Part shown: one piece after another, positions 47,847-58,351 of the stretch
Layout: every line of letters begins with the position of its first letter
How positions within the stretch are numbered: the first letter of the stretch is position 1
Assembly (NCBI GenBank): GCA_963745075.1
Contig: CAVUWV010000023.1
Coordinates: 40,618-104,617, forward strand
Length of the DNA: 64,000 nt
DNA from: Candidatus Hydrogenedentota bacterium
GTDB taxonomy: Bacteria; Hydrogenedentota; Hydrogenedentia; Hydrogenedentales; SLHB01
Reading direction: 5' to 3'
The notes under the pieces: model-generated
What the model saw: the letters and a program-made list of their open reading frames with translations, nothing else
Told to the model about the DNA's origin: nothing
Databases searched by the model: none
Made by a program: the position numbers and the translations under genes

Positions 47847-49310
47847 ATGAAGAAACTCCTTGGACTCGTCCTCGTTGCCGTCCTCATCGTCCTTGGAGTC
47901 GTGATCTACCGCGGTGCGACCTTTCAATCCGTCCAGGTAACGCCCCCAACGATGGGACCCATCAGCGTTGAAGTTTCTCCGGCGGCCGCACACCTCGCCG
48001 GCGCATTGCGCATCCAAACCATCTCCTACGATGAAGACACGCTGCCCGACCATGACGCCTTTAACGCCTTTCATCAATACCTGGAAACGACCTACCCCAA
48101 CGTTTACGCCGCGTTGCAGCACGAAACCGTCAACGAGTACAGCCTGCTCTACACGTGGCGCGGCAGCGACACGTCGCTGAATCCGCTGCTCGTCATAGGC
48201 CATTTCGACGTGGTGCCCGTGCCGCCGGACACGCTCTCGGAATGGAAGCAGCCGCCCTTCGCGGGGGACATTGTCAACGACATCATCTGGGGACGCGGCG
48301 CCCTCGATGACAAGGTCGATGTGATCGGCGCGTTGGAAGCCGTGAACTGGTTGCTCACGGAAGGATTTCAACCGAAACGCACGCTCATCCTCGCCTTCGG
48401 CCACGACGAAGAGATCGGCGGCGAAAACGGCGCCGCAAAGATCGCCGCGCTGTTGAAAGAACGCGGCGTCGAACCGGAGTGTGTGGTCGACGAAGGCGGT
48501 TCCATCATCTCGGGCACCATGCCGGGCATGGAGTCCCCCGTCGCGCTCGTCGGTATCGGCGAAAAAGGTTATCTGACGCTTACGCTGAAAGTGGAACAGC
48601 CGGGCGGTCACTCATCCATGCCCCCGAAACACAGCGCCATCGGCATTCTCGCTCGGGCGATCGAACGGCTTGAGGACAATCCCTTTCCCGCAACGATCGC
48701 CGCGCCGACCCGCGCCATGTTCGCGGCGTTGGGTCCCGAAATGCCTTTCCCGCAGCGTACGGTCTTCGCCAACCTCTGGCTGTTCGACCCGCTCGTCAAA
48801 CGCCTGCTTGCCGGGTCGCCGGAGACCAACGCCGTCCTCCGTACGACCACCGCCGTCACCATGATGAACGGAGGCGTGAAGGACAACGTTCTGCCCACGG
48901 AAGCCACTGCCACCGTCAACTTCCGCATCATGCCCGGCGAAACGACGGACTCCGTCACCGCCCGCGTGCGCAAGGTTATCAACGACGATCGCGTGCAGAT
49001 CGAAAAGACCGATGCCATGTCGCACAATCCGAGCATCGTGTCGGACACCGGCGCGCCCCCGTACAAACTCCTCGAAAGGACGGTCCGGCAAGTCTTCCCG
49101 GATGCCGTCGTCGGCCCTTACCTCGTCCTTGGCGGTACCGACGCCCGCCACTACGAGAACGTCACCGCCAATATCTACCGGTTCAGCCCGATTCGCCTCG
49201 GCAAGGGTGATACCGCTATGTTGCACGGCAAGAACGAACGCATCCCGGTCAAGAACTTCGGCGAAGTCTGCCGTTTCTACGTCCAACTGATTCGCAATTT
49301 CAATTTGTAA
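47847..49310 (+). CDS. M20 family peptidase (carboxypeptidase S / PM20D1-like)
   Basis: GHFDVVP, WGRGALDDK, FGHDEEIGG, VDEGG, GGHSSMPP, GGTDARHY, HG.NER. Confidence 0.92.
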   Translation: MKKLLGLVLVAVLIVLGVVIYRGATFQSVQVTPPTMGPISVEVSPAAAHLAGALRIQTISYDEDTLPDHDAFNAFHQYLETTYPNVYAALQHETVNEYSLLYTWRGSDTSLNPLLVIGHFDVVPVPPDTLSEWKQPPFAGDIVNDIIWGRGALDDKVDVIGALEAVNWLLTEGFQPKRTLILAFGHDEEIGGENGAAKIAALLKERGVEPECVVDEGGSIISGTMPGMESPVALVGIGEKGYLTLTLKVEQPGGHSSMPPKHSAIGILARAIERLEDNPFPATIAAPTRAMFAALGPEMPFPQRTVFANLWLFDPLVKRLLAGSPETNAVLRTTTAVTMMNGGVKDNVLPTEATATVNFRIMPGETTDSVTARVRKVINDDRVQIEKTDAMSHNPSIVSDTGAPPYKLLERTVRQVFPDAVVGPYLVLGGTDARHYENVTANIYRFSPIRLGKGDTAMLHGKNERIPVKNFGEVCRFYVQLIRNFNL

Positions 49311-49338
49311 ACCGGCCCTGCGCCCACAAGGAGACCAC

Positions 49339-50250
49339 ATGCCCTGGACTGGAGATCAGACCGCGCTGGATCAACCGATCCCCGAGAACTTGAACGGCGA
49401 GTTGCGCGACAGCGCGGCGCTGCGCAACGACGGCGACGCACTGCACGAACGGCTCGTGGAAGACGGCTACGTATTCTTACGCGGCGCGTTGAATCGCGAC
49501 GACGTGCTGGCCGCGCGCGAGGAAGTCTTTCAACGGCTGGTCGACGTCGGCGAGGTCCGCGAACCCGCCATCGAAGGCATCGGCACCGGCACGAGCCGCC
49601 GCGAAGAGTTGGAACCCGACCTTGGTGCATTCTGGAAAAGCGTCTGCGAAGGACCGAAGCTTCGGAAAGTCACCCACGCCGGACCTATGCTCGATCTGAT
49701 GGCCACCATCCTCGGCGGACCTGTCCGGCCCTTCGACTATCTCTGGCTGCGACCCATGCCGCCGGGCCGCGCGTCCGCCTTCCACTACGATCACGTCTAC
49801 ATGAATCGCGGCACCGATACGTTGTATACCGTGTGGACGCCGCTTGGCGATGCGCCGATTCAAGACGGCCCCATCCTGCTTATGGAAGGTTCCCATCGCT
49901 GGGACGATCTCATCGACGAGTTCCGCGGGTTTGACGTGGACAAAGACAAGAGCAAGCCGGGACACGTCACGATGGAACCGGTGACCCTCGCGCGGGAACG
50001 CGGCTGCCGCTTGCTTTCGACCGATTTCCGCGGGGGCGACGCGCTCATCATGACCATGTTCATGTTGCACGGTTCGCTCGACAACCGATCCACCGAGGGC
50101 CGCCTGCGCCTCTCCTGCGACACACGTTATCAACTCGCCAGCGATCCCATCGACGAACGATGGATCGGTGACAATCCCATTGCACACGGCCAGGGATACG
50201 CCGGCATCAGCGGCGCACGCCCCCTCACCGCCGCGCCCATCCGCCGCTGA
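49339..50250 (+). CDS. Phytanoyl-CoA dioxygenase family protein
   Basis: DGYVFLRG, HYD.VYM.RG, WTPLGD, LHGSLDN, RLSCDTRYQ. Confidence 0.88.
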   Translation: MPWTGDQTALDQPIPENLNGELRDSAALRNDGDALHERLVEDGYVFLRGALNRDDVLAAREEVFQRLVDVGEVREPAIEGIGTGTSRREELEPDLGAFWKSVCEGPKLRKVTHAGPMLDLMATILGGPVRPFDYLWLRPMPPGRASAFHYDHVYMNRGTDTLYTVWTPLGDAPIQDGPILLMEGSHRWDDLIDEFRGFDVDKDKSKPGHVTMEPVTLARERGCRLLSTDFRGGDALIMTMFMLHGSLDNRSTEGRLRLSCDTRYQLASDPIDERWIGDNPIAHGQGYAGISGARPLTAAPIRR

Positions 50251-50259
50251 CTCTGCCAA

Positions 50260-50427
50260 GGAGAGCGGGTTTTCCGACCCGCCGTGCCAACGGCTCAACG
50301 GAAGGGATCAGCCAACCGGTTCACGCTGAACGTTTGTGGCGTGGCCAGAGCAGCCGCGTGTCGAAGATAACGGTACCCCCGCGAATCCCACGTCCTGGTA
50401 ATCGGCGGACAGGAATGTCCGCCCACC
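50260..50427. repeat. Inverted doublet of REP-like hairpins
   Basis: GGAGAGCGGGTTTTCCGACCCGCC and GGCGGACAGGAATGTCCGCCCACC (reverse complement GGTGGGCGGACATTCCTGTCCGCC) share one 24-nt architecture with compensatory stem changes. Confidence 0.6.
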
Positions 50428-50591
50428 TTCCAATTGCGATTTGGGAGAATGCGCGGAACCTCCCGTAGAATCGATCGATCTCGTATTCCCACAACATGAA
50501 GATTCCCACTTCGAAGCAGGGGGTAAAATACAAAGGGCCGGGGACATTCGGGATTTGCTTCCGGAAGTTCCACGACTGGCGCCGGCCGACG

Positions 50592-51008
50592 CTAACCGCG
50601 GGCTTCCTTTTCCTGGGTTTTTATTTTGTTCCACGCGGCGATGGCCTCTTCGGGGGTCCTCGCCTTGGTATCACCGAAGACGTGATCGTGGCGGCGAATC
50701 ATCTTTTCGTGGATGCGTTTGAGCGCGGACTCCAGCGTAAAGCGTCCTTCCGCCTCGGCCGCCGCAGCCGTTGCGAGCATGACGAACAGCGTGTCGCCGA
50801 ATTCTTCCTCCATGTGGTCGTGGTCGTCGCTTTCCAACGCCTCGATCATCTCGCCCGCTTCCTCCCGGGCGTAGCGGCCGAAGTCCAGCGCGGTTTTTTC
50901 CTGGTCCCACGGACAGCCGTCGGGGCCGCGCAGATACCGCGCCAGGGCGATTAAGGCTTCAAACCAGTCCCGTTCGTTTTCCGGCGTCTTGGTCCAATGG
51001 GGATACAT
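50592..51008 (-). CDS. Single-domain MazG-like nucleotide pyrophosphohydrolase
   Basis: LRGPDGCPWD, EEAGE, EEFGD, KMIRRH.HVFGD, W..IK..EK. Confidence 0.88.
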   Translation of the reverse strand: MYPHWTKTPENERDWFEALIALARYLRGPDGCPWDQEKTALDFGRYAREEAGEMIEALESDDHDHMEEEFGDTLFVMLATAAAAEAEGRFTLESALKRIHEKMIRRHDHVFGDTKARTPEEAIAAWNKIKTQEKEARG

Positions 51009-51104
51009 TCAAACCGCTCCAATCGTACTCGATCTCGCACTCGTATTCGATCCCCCGCGCAACTGCCCCCACCCGTAATCGAGATACACGACATTAGTCT
51101 ACGC

Positions 51105-51131
51105 TAAAGTTTTCGTTCGGCCCGCCGATAA
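51105..51131 (+). promoter_or_regulatory. Consensus sigma28 (FliA) promoter
   Basis: TAAAGTTT-N11-GCCGATAA, exact match to the extended sigma28 consensus. Confidence 0.8.
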
Positions 51132-51231
51132 GAGTATGTGGCGCAGGAGATGCCGGTAGTTTTGTCCGGCACGGACGTCCGGACGGGCACCTCCGGCGGG
51201 TTACGCGAACCGCGTAACCAAGGAGGCCAGC

Positions 51232-51447
51232 ATGACGGTTCAATGCTGCAAATGCAAGAAGGTCCACCGCAACGGCGAGTGGGTGAAGGAACGACCCGAC
51301 AGCGACGCGCGGGTCACCCACAGCTACTGCCCCATCTGCGAAGACGAATGCTACATCGAACTGTTTTGTGCGCAGGCCAGCCGCGCGACGCGGTCCAACG
51401 CGCGGGACGTGTCTCGCGTCGTGGGCCGCTTGGCGTCTTCCATCTAA
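51232..51447 (+). CDS. Small Cys-rich, putative zinc-binding protein
   Basis: AAGGAGG RBS; CCKCKK....G.W...VTHSYCPIC. Confidence 0.75.
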   Translation: MTVQCCKCKKVHRNGEWVKERPDSDARVTHSYCPICEDECYIELFCAQASRATRSNARDVSRVVGRLASSI

Positions 51448-51575
51448 TACCGTCAATCACAGGCAGGAACGCTGCTTGATTTCGATTGGGTATCGTCCCC
51501 CCATTTGATTGACCCTCCGGCCCGTCGCTGCCATCATATCCGCTTACGAATTGCCAACCAGATGGAAATGACATC

Positions 51576-53351
51576 ATGACTGCATTTCTCGTAATGGCGG
51601 CTGCGCTGTGTGCGACGCCGTCTCACCTCGTCTATTTCGACATGGAGCAGTGCCTGGCCGATTTGCCGGACGATTCCGTCCTGCGCTACGACACATTGAA
51701 ACTCGTGGCTTCGCTACAAGGCGTCGTCAACCGCGACGAACCCCGTCTCGCCATTCGTTTCCTGCGCGACGCGGGCACGGATGGCACGATCAACATCGAC
51801 GACTACTGGCTGACAGACTTGCGGAAAGGCTGGCTGAAAGGCCTCGAGGTTGAGCGAATGCACACGCTCGACGAACTTCTCGCGCGCTTTTCTGATTCGA
51901 TCGAGGGCGTCGTGGTTTGGGATCCGAACGTCCTGGCCACGGCCAACGTCGCGGCTACCATCTGTGGCGTTAAGGGTTGGCTCCCCGTACGGGCCGACTC
52001 GGCGTTATACGCGGAGATCGTGGACGGTGGACCGCAGTTCCCCGTCAAGCTTTCCCTCGCCGGCAAGTTCGACGGTTCGCGAAGTGGCAGCGCCAAGTGC
52101 GACGCCTATCTCTGGGCCAAGGACACCTACCTCGATACCGGGAAATGCAATCCCGAACTCATGGCGTTCTTCATCGACGCGTACACGCAGGTGCCGGATC
52201 AACCGGGCTTCCATTACCACGATCTGCACAACGCCACCCTCGCCAACCACGACTACTACATCGCCAACCGCGCGTTCTTCTTCGATCTCGATCCCTGGGC
52301 GGACGAAGCGCCGGTCGACGATCGCAATCAGCCATTGGGCACGGACCACGATACGCTCTGTGCGCTGCTGCGATCGCAGTACGAGCAGAACAAGGGCAAG
52401 GCCTTTACCACGGTCGGCGGGTTTGTGCCCTGGAACCTGAAATATACATCGAACGGTCCGGCCGGCGGCAAGCACGAACCCGTACCGGCGGAGTGGGAGT
52501 ATGCCGCCATCCTCTCCTCTTACAACGCCATCATGGACGCCGACGCCCTGGGCCTGTCCTGTATGACCAACGCGTCGGCGTACATGCACTTCCCGCTGAA
52601 ACGGCACTACGATCAGAACCCGCGTCCCGAATCCCGGCCGCTCGAAGACAAAACCTACGTGCTGGTGTACATGGGCGACTACGATTCCGCGGCGTGGTTG
52701 TCGCGTGAGATTCCGTCGGTGTGGGACGACCCCGTGCGGGGCGAACTCCCCATTGCGTGGGCCTTTAATCCGAACCTCGCGGCCCGCGCGCCCTACGTGT
52801 TCGACTACATCTACCGGACCAAGACCCCCAACGACTGGTTTATCGCGGGCGACTCGGGGGCCGGCTATCTGAATCCTAACCTGCTTATCGGCGACCGGCT
52901 CGGCAGCGGGCTTCCGGATGCCCTCGATCTTTGGGTAAAACACAACCAAAAATGGTATTCGAAGTTCGACTACTCGATTACCGGATTCGTGATCAATGGA
53001 TTCCACGGTGACATGCCCCTGCGGATACAACAGGCCTACGCCAAGTTCTCCCCGGACGGGGTAGGAATGCAGTTGGGATTTGCGGAGACCATCGTGGACG
53101 GCACGCCCTTTCTCCGTCACGTGAGTGACATCTATCCGAAATTGGACAACCTCGCCGAAACCGCGGCCCAAATGGCCCGCTTCGCGAAACCGGAGAAGCC
53201 CCAGTTCCTGATTTACCGGATGATCCTGCAGCGGCCGTCCACGCTGAAAGCCGTGCAGGATCAACTGCGGAAAGATTTCCCGGACCAGCACTGGGAATTC
53301 TGCGACCCGTATACGTTCTTCGATCTGTATAAACGTTCACTCGAACAGTAA
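51576..53351 (+). CDS. GxGYxYP-family putative glycoside hydrolase
   Basis: SLQGVVNR, GSAKCDAY.WA, YMGDYD, RGELPI.W..NP, SGAGYLNP. Confidence 0.75.
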   Translation: MTAFLVMAAALCATPSHLVYFDMEQCLADLPDDSVLRYDTLKLVASLQGVVNRDEPRLAIRFLRDAGTDGTINIDDYWLTDLRKGWLKGLEVERMHTLDELLARFSDSIEGVVVWDPNVLATANVAATICGVKGWLPVRADSALYAEIVDGGPQFPVKLSLAGKFDGSRSGSAKCDAYLWAKDTYLDTGKCNPELMAFFIDAYTQVPDQPGFHYHDLHNATLANHDYYIANRAFFFDLDPWADEAPVDDRNQPLGTDHDTLCALLRSQYEQNKGKAFTTVGGFVPWNLKYTSNGPAGGKHEPVPAEWEYAAILSSYNAIMDADALGLSCMTNASAYMHFPLKRHYDQNPRPESRPLEDKTYVLVYMGDYDSAAWLSREIPSVWDDPVRGELPIAWAFNPNLAARAPYVFDYIYRTKTPNDWFIAGDSGAGYLNPNLLIGDRLGSGLPDALDLWVKHNQKWYSKFDYSITGFVINGFHGDMPLRIQQAYAKFSPDGVGMQLGFAETIVDGTPFLRHVSDIYPKLDNLAETAAQMARFAKPEKPQFLIYRMILQRPSTLKAVQDQLRKDFPDQHWEFCDPYTFFDLYKRSLEQ

Positions 53352-53465
53352 GAAGACCATACGCACGCGGAATGTGTTAAGCTGGCCCCTTGACGGGCGA
53401 GCGACAGGTAACCGTCCCCGCAATCGAGAATACAACAAGCGATCCGCCGCCTTGGGAGATTCAAC

Positions 53466-54407
53466 ATGTTTTCGTACCGCCGCCTCCTGATAGTTCTGCT
53501 GGGCATCGTCACCGCCATTTCAACCGCACAAGCGCAGGAAAAGATCGCGCTCCGACTGAACCTCGAACCCGGCCAGCATTTCAGCCAGCGCATGAAGATG
53601 GATCAGGAGATTGAACAGGAAATGGGCGGCGTCGCGATGACCATGAACCAGGAAACGACCACCGACTACAACTACAACGTCACCGCGGTCGATCCGGAGG
53701 GCGTGGCCACCATCGAGGCGACGTACACCCGTCTGGCGACGAAAACCAGTTCCGGCAATTCGGAAATGTCCTACGACTCGGCCACCGCCCAGGAACCCAT
53801 CGCTCCCCAGTTTCGCCCCATGGCCGCCCTCGTCGGGCAGAAGTTTACGATGGAAGTCGGCCCCACGGGGTCGGTGCGTTCAGTCACGGGACTTTCGGAA
53901 CTCCTGGAAAAAGTGCTCGGTGAGATACCCGCTGAAGGCCCGGCACGCGAACAACTCAAACAATCTTTGAAAGCCCGCTTTGGCGAAGATTCGATGAAGA
54001 ATATCCTGGAGCAGGCGATGGCCATCTATCCCGATCATCCCGTCGCCGTGGGCGACCACTGGTCGCGGACCGTTCAGATGGTGCAGATGGTTCCCCTCAA
54101 ACTGGAAAACACCTGGACCTTAAAGTCCGTGACGGGCGATACCGCCACGCTGGAAATGACGTCGCTCGTCAGTCCCGTCGAAGGCCAATCGACCATGGAC
54201 ATGATGGGCTCGAAAATCGAAACGAAACTCGAGGGAGCGCAGAGCGGGACCACGGTCGTCGATCGAAAGACGGGATGGGCGCTTACCAGCACCGTGCATC
54301 AAAACATCGACGGCACCATGAAACTCCCGGCCGACGCGGCGCAACCCAAGGAATTGTCGGTCCCACTGAGCATCAAGAGTACGATTACGCTCGGGCCGGT
54401 GGAATAG
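53466..54407 (+). CDS. DUF6263-like secreted protein
   Basis: Signal peptide; LRLNLEPG, YDS, YP..PV.VGD.W, G....D.KTGW. Confidence 0.7.
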   Translation: MFSYRRLLIVLLGIVTAISTAQAQEKIALRLNLEPGQHFSQRMKMDQEIEQEMGGVAMTMNQETTTDYNYNVTAVDPEGVATIEATYTRLATKTSSGNSEMSYDSATAQEPIAPQFRPMAALVGQKFTMEVGPTGSVRSVTGLSELLEKVLGEIPAEGPAREQLKQSLKARFGEDSMKNILEQAMAIYPDHPVAVGDHWSRTVQMVQMVPLKLENTWTLKSVTGDTATLEMTSLVSPVEGQSTMDMMGSKIETKLEGAQSGTTVVDRKTGWALTSTVHQNIDGTMKLPADAAQPKELSVPLSIKSTITLGPVE

Positions 54408-54527
54408 CCGGGCATTTCACGATAGAATCCTCGGTCACGCGGAAACGTCCGATAGCGTCGCTCGTCGTCTCCCGGCAAGGGGTGTTTTCGCGATTGCTGC
54501 ACCAAAATCGACGAGGAGGTATTGACT

Positions 54528-57050
54528 ATGAACCTCATGCTTGCCCTCGTTTCCTGTTTCGTGACGCTTCCGCCGCAGCAATCCTGGCTGGACATCTCGA
54601 AGGACTGGCGGTTCCAGCCCGATCCCGAACACGTGGGACTGCAGAACGGCTGGGATGCCGTAACGTACGACGACACCGATTGGACTACCTTCAACGCGGG
54701 CGAGCGTTGGGAGGATCATGGGTTCCCGGACGTGGACGGCTACGGCTGGTTCCGGCGGTGGGTCGATGTTCCGGAGGACTGGGCGGACGCCAAGGTCTGG
54801 CTGACGCTTGGCGGCGTGAACGACGCTTGCACCATTTATTGCAACGGCACTCGCGTAAACGCATACGGCGACACTTCGGACCGATCCGTCGCGAACGTTC
54901 CCATTATTGCCGAATTGAGCGCTTTCGTAACGCCGGGCAAGCGAAACCTCGTGGCGATTGAATGTCTCGACTGGGGCGGCAGCGGCGGGTTATGGCATCT
55001 GCCCTGCGCCCTCACTACGGACATCAATCTGTTGCCCGTCGACTCGGTCGTGGCGTGCGTCACCGAATACGAGGCGAAGCGCATTCTCGCCACCGTCGAC
55101 TTAACCGGCCTGGGGAACGACCGGCCCGGCGTGATGCTGCACCTCGGCGTTTTCAAGGGCGACAAAGACCATCCCGCTGCCGACGCGAGCATCGCGCTTC
55201 CGGAAGGTTGGTTTACCGGGTCGGCATTCTTCGATCTCAAAGGACCGGACGCCGGAAACGTCTTTCATCTGCGCTTGGCAGAAGCCGAATCCGATACATC
55301 CGCCCTCGCGGGCCTCACCATCGATCGACCGGTACCGTGGCCCGAAGCGCCGGGCTGGGAAGGGGATTACGCCGACCTCGAGGTCGAGAATAACTTCGTG
55401 ACCAATCTGCTTCGCGTCAAGTTGGATGCGGCCGGCGGTGGCGATTATCCCATCCTGAATCCGCGCGACGGCTGGGTGTTCATCTCGGCGAGAACCGACC
55501 AGGATATTGGTCCCCAAGTCGTGATCGACGGCGAAACGAATCCGGTGGCCTGGCGGCGCAACCCGGAAACCAGCGCTTATGAAGCGATGCGATATTTGGC
55601 GCAAGGCAAGCACAACGTGGCCGTCGCATCCAATGGCGAAGGGCCTTTCGAGGTCCGCGCCGTTCCCGAACTCGCCTATTGTTATTATCCCGCATCGCCG
55701 CACATCAAACCGTTCGGTCCGTACGACTGGCCGTTTGTGTCCAGGTACGTCCTGCCCCACGTGAACACGATTGTCACCGCGGGACCTGAGGCCGACGCCC
55801 TCGAACAATGGCGCAACGAAGGACGAGCCTGGCTCAGCAATGCTTCATTGCCCGGTCTTTCCAGCCCCCGAGCCCCCACGGCGGACGAAGTGTACCAAGC
55901 CTGGAGTGCCAACCCGGGCTTCGCCAAACCCGGGTACTCGGGGATAATCGTCGACGAGTTTCTATTCGCCAGCCCGGAACATTATGCCGCATGGACGGAG
56001 GCCGTGGAACGTCTTCACGCGAACCCGGATTTTGCGGGGCACAAATTCTACGCGTGGTGCGGAAACCTCTACGAATTCGATACCAGCGCGACCTTCCGCA
56101 AACAGGTGGCCGATCTCGGTTACCGGTTCGCCTGGGAGAAATACCTTGCGGAAGAACCAACGGAAGCCCGCGCCACGTCCGCGATCGCGCGAAATCTTCA
56201 GCAAAGCCTCGTCGAATGGCAGAAGACTATGCCCGACGTCGCGCAGCGGTTGGTCATGACCCTTGGCTACATGAGCGCGCCGCCCGAAAGCCTGAACCTG
56301 AACCCGGCCGTGGACTACCACGTGTTCATGGACATGCAGTTTGAACGCCTCGCCACGGAGCCGGCCTTCTGGGGGCTCTACGGGGTGATGGAGTATTCGT
56401 CGAGCTACACCGACGAGGAGTCGCTGCGGTGGGCGCACCAACTGTTTCGCCATTACTGCATCGAGGGCAATCGCGAGCGCATGACGGACGACCCCTACGT
56501 ACTTCCCCATATACAGAATCCCGACTTTGTGGATGACTTGAACGGCTGGTACGTGGCGCCCGCGAAAGAGGGCGCGGTTGCCCCGGAAACCATGGACGGT
56601 TTCGGCTGGCTGCAGGGACGGTACCCGGACATGACGGTGGGCAACCGTATCTGCCGCATGACGCGTTCGAACGAGCGCCCGAACCGAATCAGTCAAACGG
56701 TGAATGCCCTCGAACCGGGGCGTCTCTATTCAGTCAAAGCAATCGCGGCCGATATCGACAACCTGGACAAAAAGCAAACCATCGCGTTGCGCATTCAGGT
56801 CGAAGGCGCCGAACCCGTGCCGGATTATGGCTTCTCCTACGCCTATCCCAGCAATTACGCACACGAGTTCGGACCCTACAATCGGGACCATCCGGCGTGG
56901 TTCACCTTCCAGCGTTACGTGTTTCGCGCCGGCGCGGAAACCGCCACGCTCCACATCATGGATTGGATCGCCGACGACACCCCGGGCGGCGACGCCGGAC
57001 AGAACGTCGGGTTCAACTTCATCGAAGTGCAACCCTTCCACGCGCCATAA
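54528..57050 (+). CDS. Large secreted protein with N-terminal GH2-type sugar-binding domain and an uncharacterised barrel
   Basis: WRF.PDP...G...GW, WE..G....DGYGWFRR, LGGVND....Y.NG, N.VA...LD.GGSGGLW; later G...DEF. Confidence 0.65.
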   Translation: MNLMLALVSCFVTLPPQQSWLDISKDWRFQPDPEHVGLQNGWDAVTYDDTDWTTFNAGERWEDHGFPDVDGYGWFRRWVDVPEDWADAKVWLTLGGVNDACTIYCNGTRVNAYGDTSDRSVANVPIIAELSAFVTPGKRNLVAIECLDWGGSGGLWHLPCALTTDINLLPVDSVVACVTEYEAKRILATVDLTGLGNDRPGVMLHLGVFKGDKDHPAADASIALPEGWFTGSAFFDLKGPDAGNVFHLRLAEAESDTSALAGLTIDRPVPWPEAPGWEGDYADLEVENNFVTNLLRVKLDAAGGGDYPILNPRDGWVFISARTDQDIGPQVVIDGETNPVAWRRNPETSAYEAMRYLAQGKHNVAVASNGEGPFEVRAVPELAYCYYPASPHIKPFGPYDWPFVSRYVLPHVNTIVTAGPEADALEQWRNEGRAWLSNASLPGLSSPRAPTADEVYQAWSANPGFAKPGYSGIIVDEFLFASPEHYAAWTEAVERLHANPDFAGHKFYAWCGNLYEFDTSATFRKQVADLGYRFAWEKYLAEEPTEARATSAIARNLQQSLVEWQKTMPDVAQRLVMTLGYMSAPPESLNLNPAVDYHVFMDMQFERLATEPAFWGLYGVMEYSSSYTDEESLRWAHQLFRHYCIEGNRERMTDDPYVLPHIQNPDFVDDLNGWYVAPAKEGAVAPETMDGFGWLQGRYPDMTVGNRICRMTRSNERPNRISQTVNALEPGRLYSVKAIAADIDNLDKKQTIALRIQVEGAEPVPDYGFSYAYPSNYAHEFGPYNRDHPAWFTFQRYVFRAGAETATLHIMDWIADDTPGGDAGQNVGFNFIEVQPFHAP

Positions 57051-57063
57051 GCTGGCGTGCATC

Positions 57064-58212
57064 CTACCGGTCGTAGGTGATCCGGTAGATGGCGTTGGCG
57101 CGGTCGTCGGACACGAGCATGGAGCCGTCGGGCATGACCTGTACGTCCACGGGGCGTCCCCACGCGGCGCCATCGGGCTGTAACCAGCCTTCGGCGAACA
57201 CTTCGTAGGATGTTGCCTGGTTTCCGTTCAGGCGCACCAGCATGACCCGGTACCCGATGGGGGTGCTCCGGTTCCAGGATCCGTGTTCGGCGATAAAGAT
57301 CTGTTTTTGATATTCAGCGGGGAACATGGCGCCCGTGTAAAACCGCATGCCCAATGCGGCGACGTGGGGCCCCAACTCCTGCACGGGCAGCGTGAATTCT
57401 GACGCACTGTGCCCCGACCCGTATTGCGGATCGGGCATGCTTGCCCCGTGCCAGTAGGGGAACCCGAAGTGAAGCCCGGCCTGCGGCGCACGGTTGAGTT
57501 CGTCCGGCGGCATGTCGTCGCCCAGCCAGTCGCGTCCGTTGTCGGTGAACCAGAGATCGCCGGTATCGGGGTTCCAGTCAAAGCCGACCGTGTTGCGGAT
57601 GCCTTCGGCGAAGACCTCGCGGTTCGATCCGTCGGGATCCATGCGCGTGATGCTTGCGTAGATGGGGTTGTCGTCGCGCAGGCAGATGTTGCACGGCGCC
57701 CCCACCGGGACGTACAGCTTGCCGTCCGGTCCGAAGGCGATGAACTTCCAGCCGTGGTGGGTGTCCGTGGGAAAGGTATCGTTGACAACGGTGAACGTTG
57801 GATTGTTGCGAAACGTGGTCTCGATGTTGTCGAACCGGATGACCCGGCCGATCTCGGCAACGTAGAGGGACCCATCGCGGAAGGCCACGCCGTTGGGCTG
57901 GTTCAGGCCGCTCGCGATGACCACCACCTCGTCCGCCTTCTTGTCCTTGTTGGAATCCACGATGGCATAGACCTGCCCGTTGCCGTCTTCCCGCGACCCG
58001 ACGAAGAGAATCCCGCTGGGGCCGAGCGCCATGGAGCGGGCGTTGGGAACGTCTTTTGCATAGAGGTGGATGGAGAATCCCGGGGGAAGTTTGATCGTTT
58101 CGAGGTGCATCCCGTCCATGTTGCCCGCTACGCCGCTGCACGACGCGATGAGCGTAATCGCAATGGAAGGTAGAAGTGTTTGTGCACAGGTCCGGACGGA
58201 AAACGTTTTCAC
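57064..58212 (-). CDS. PQQ-dependent sugar/sorbosone dehydrogenase family lipoprotein
   Basis: LPPGF.I..YA, PNGVAF, HGWK.IAFGPDG.LY, G.RN.VG.DW, DNGRD..GDD.PPDELN, HGSWNR, GRPVDV. Confidence 0.9.
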   Translation of the reverse strand: MKTFSVRTCAQTLLPSIAITLIASCSGVAGNMDGMHLETIKLPPGFSIHLYAKDVPNARSMALGPSGILFVGSREDGNGQVYAIVDSNKDKKADEVVVIASGLNQPNGVAFRDGSLYVAEIGRVIRFDNIETTFRNNPTFTVVNDTFPTDTHHGWKFIAFGPDGKLYVPVGAPCNICLRDDNPIYASITRMDPDGSNREVFAEGIRNTVGFDWNPDTGDLWFTDNGRDWLGDDMPPDELNRAPQAGLHFGFPYWHGASMPDPQYGSGHSASEFTLPVQELGPHVAALGMRFYTGAMFPAEYQKQIFIAEHGSWNRSTPIGYRVMLVRLNGNQATSYEVFAEGWLQPDGAAWGRPVDVQVMPDGSMLVSDDRANAIYRITYDR

Positions 58213-58351
58213 AGCCTTGCGCCTCCGTGGTTGGGTCAGTGTTGGCAGTATCCCAAAGATCCGGGCGGCGGTCAATCGAATGGATTCACCCATCGTTGGG
58301 GCGTATACTAGGGGACCAAGCCATAACGCTCATAGGCGCAAAAGGATTCCC

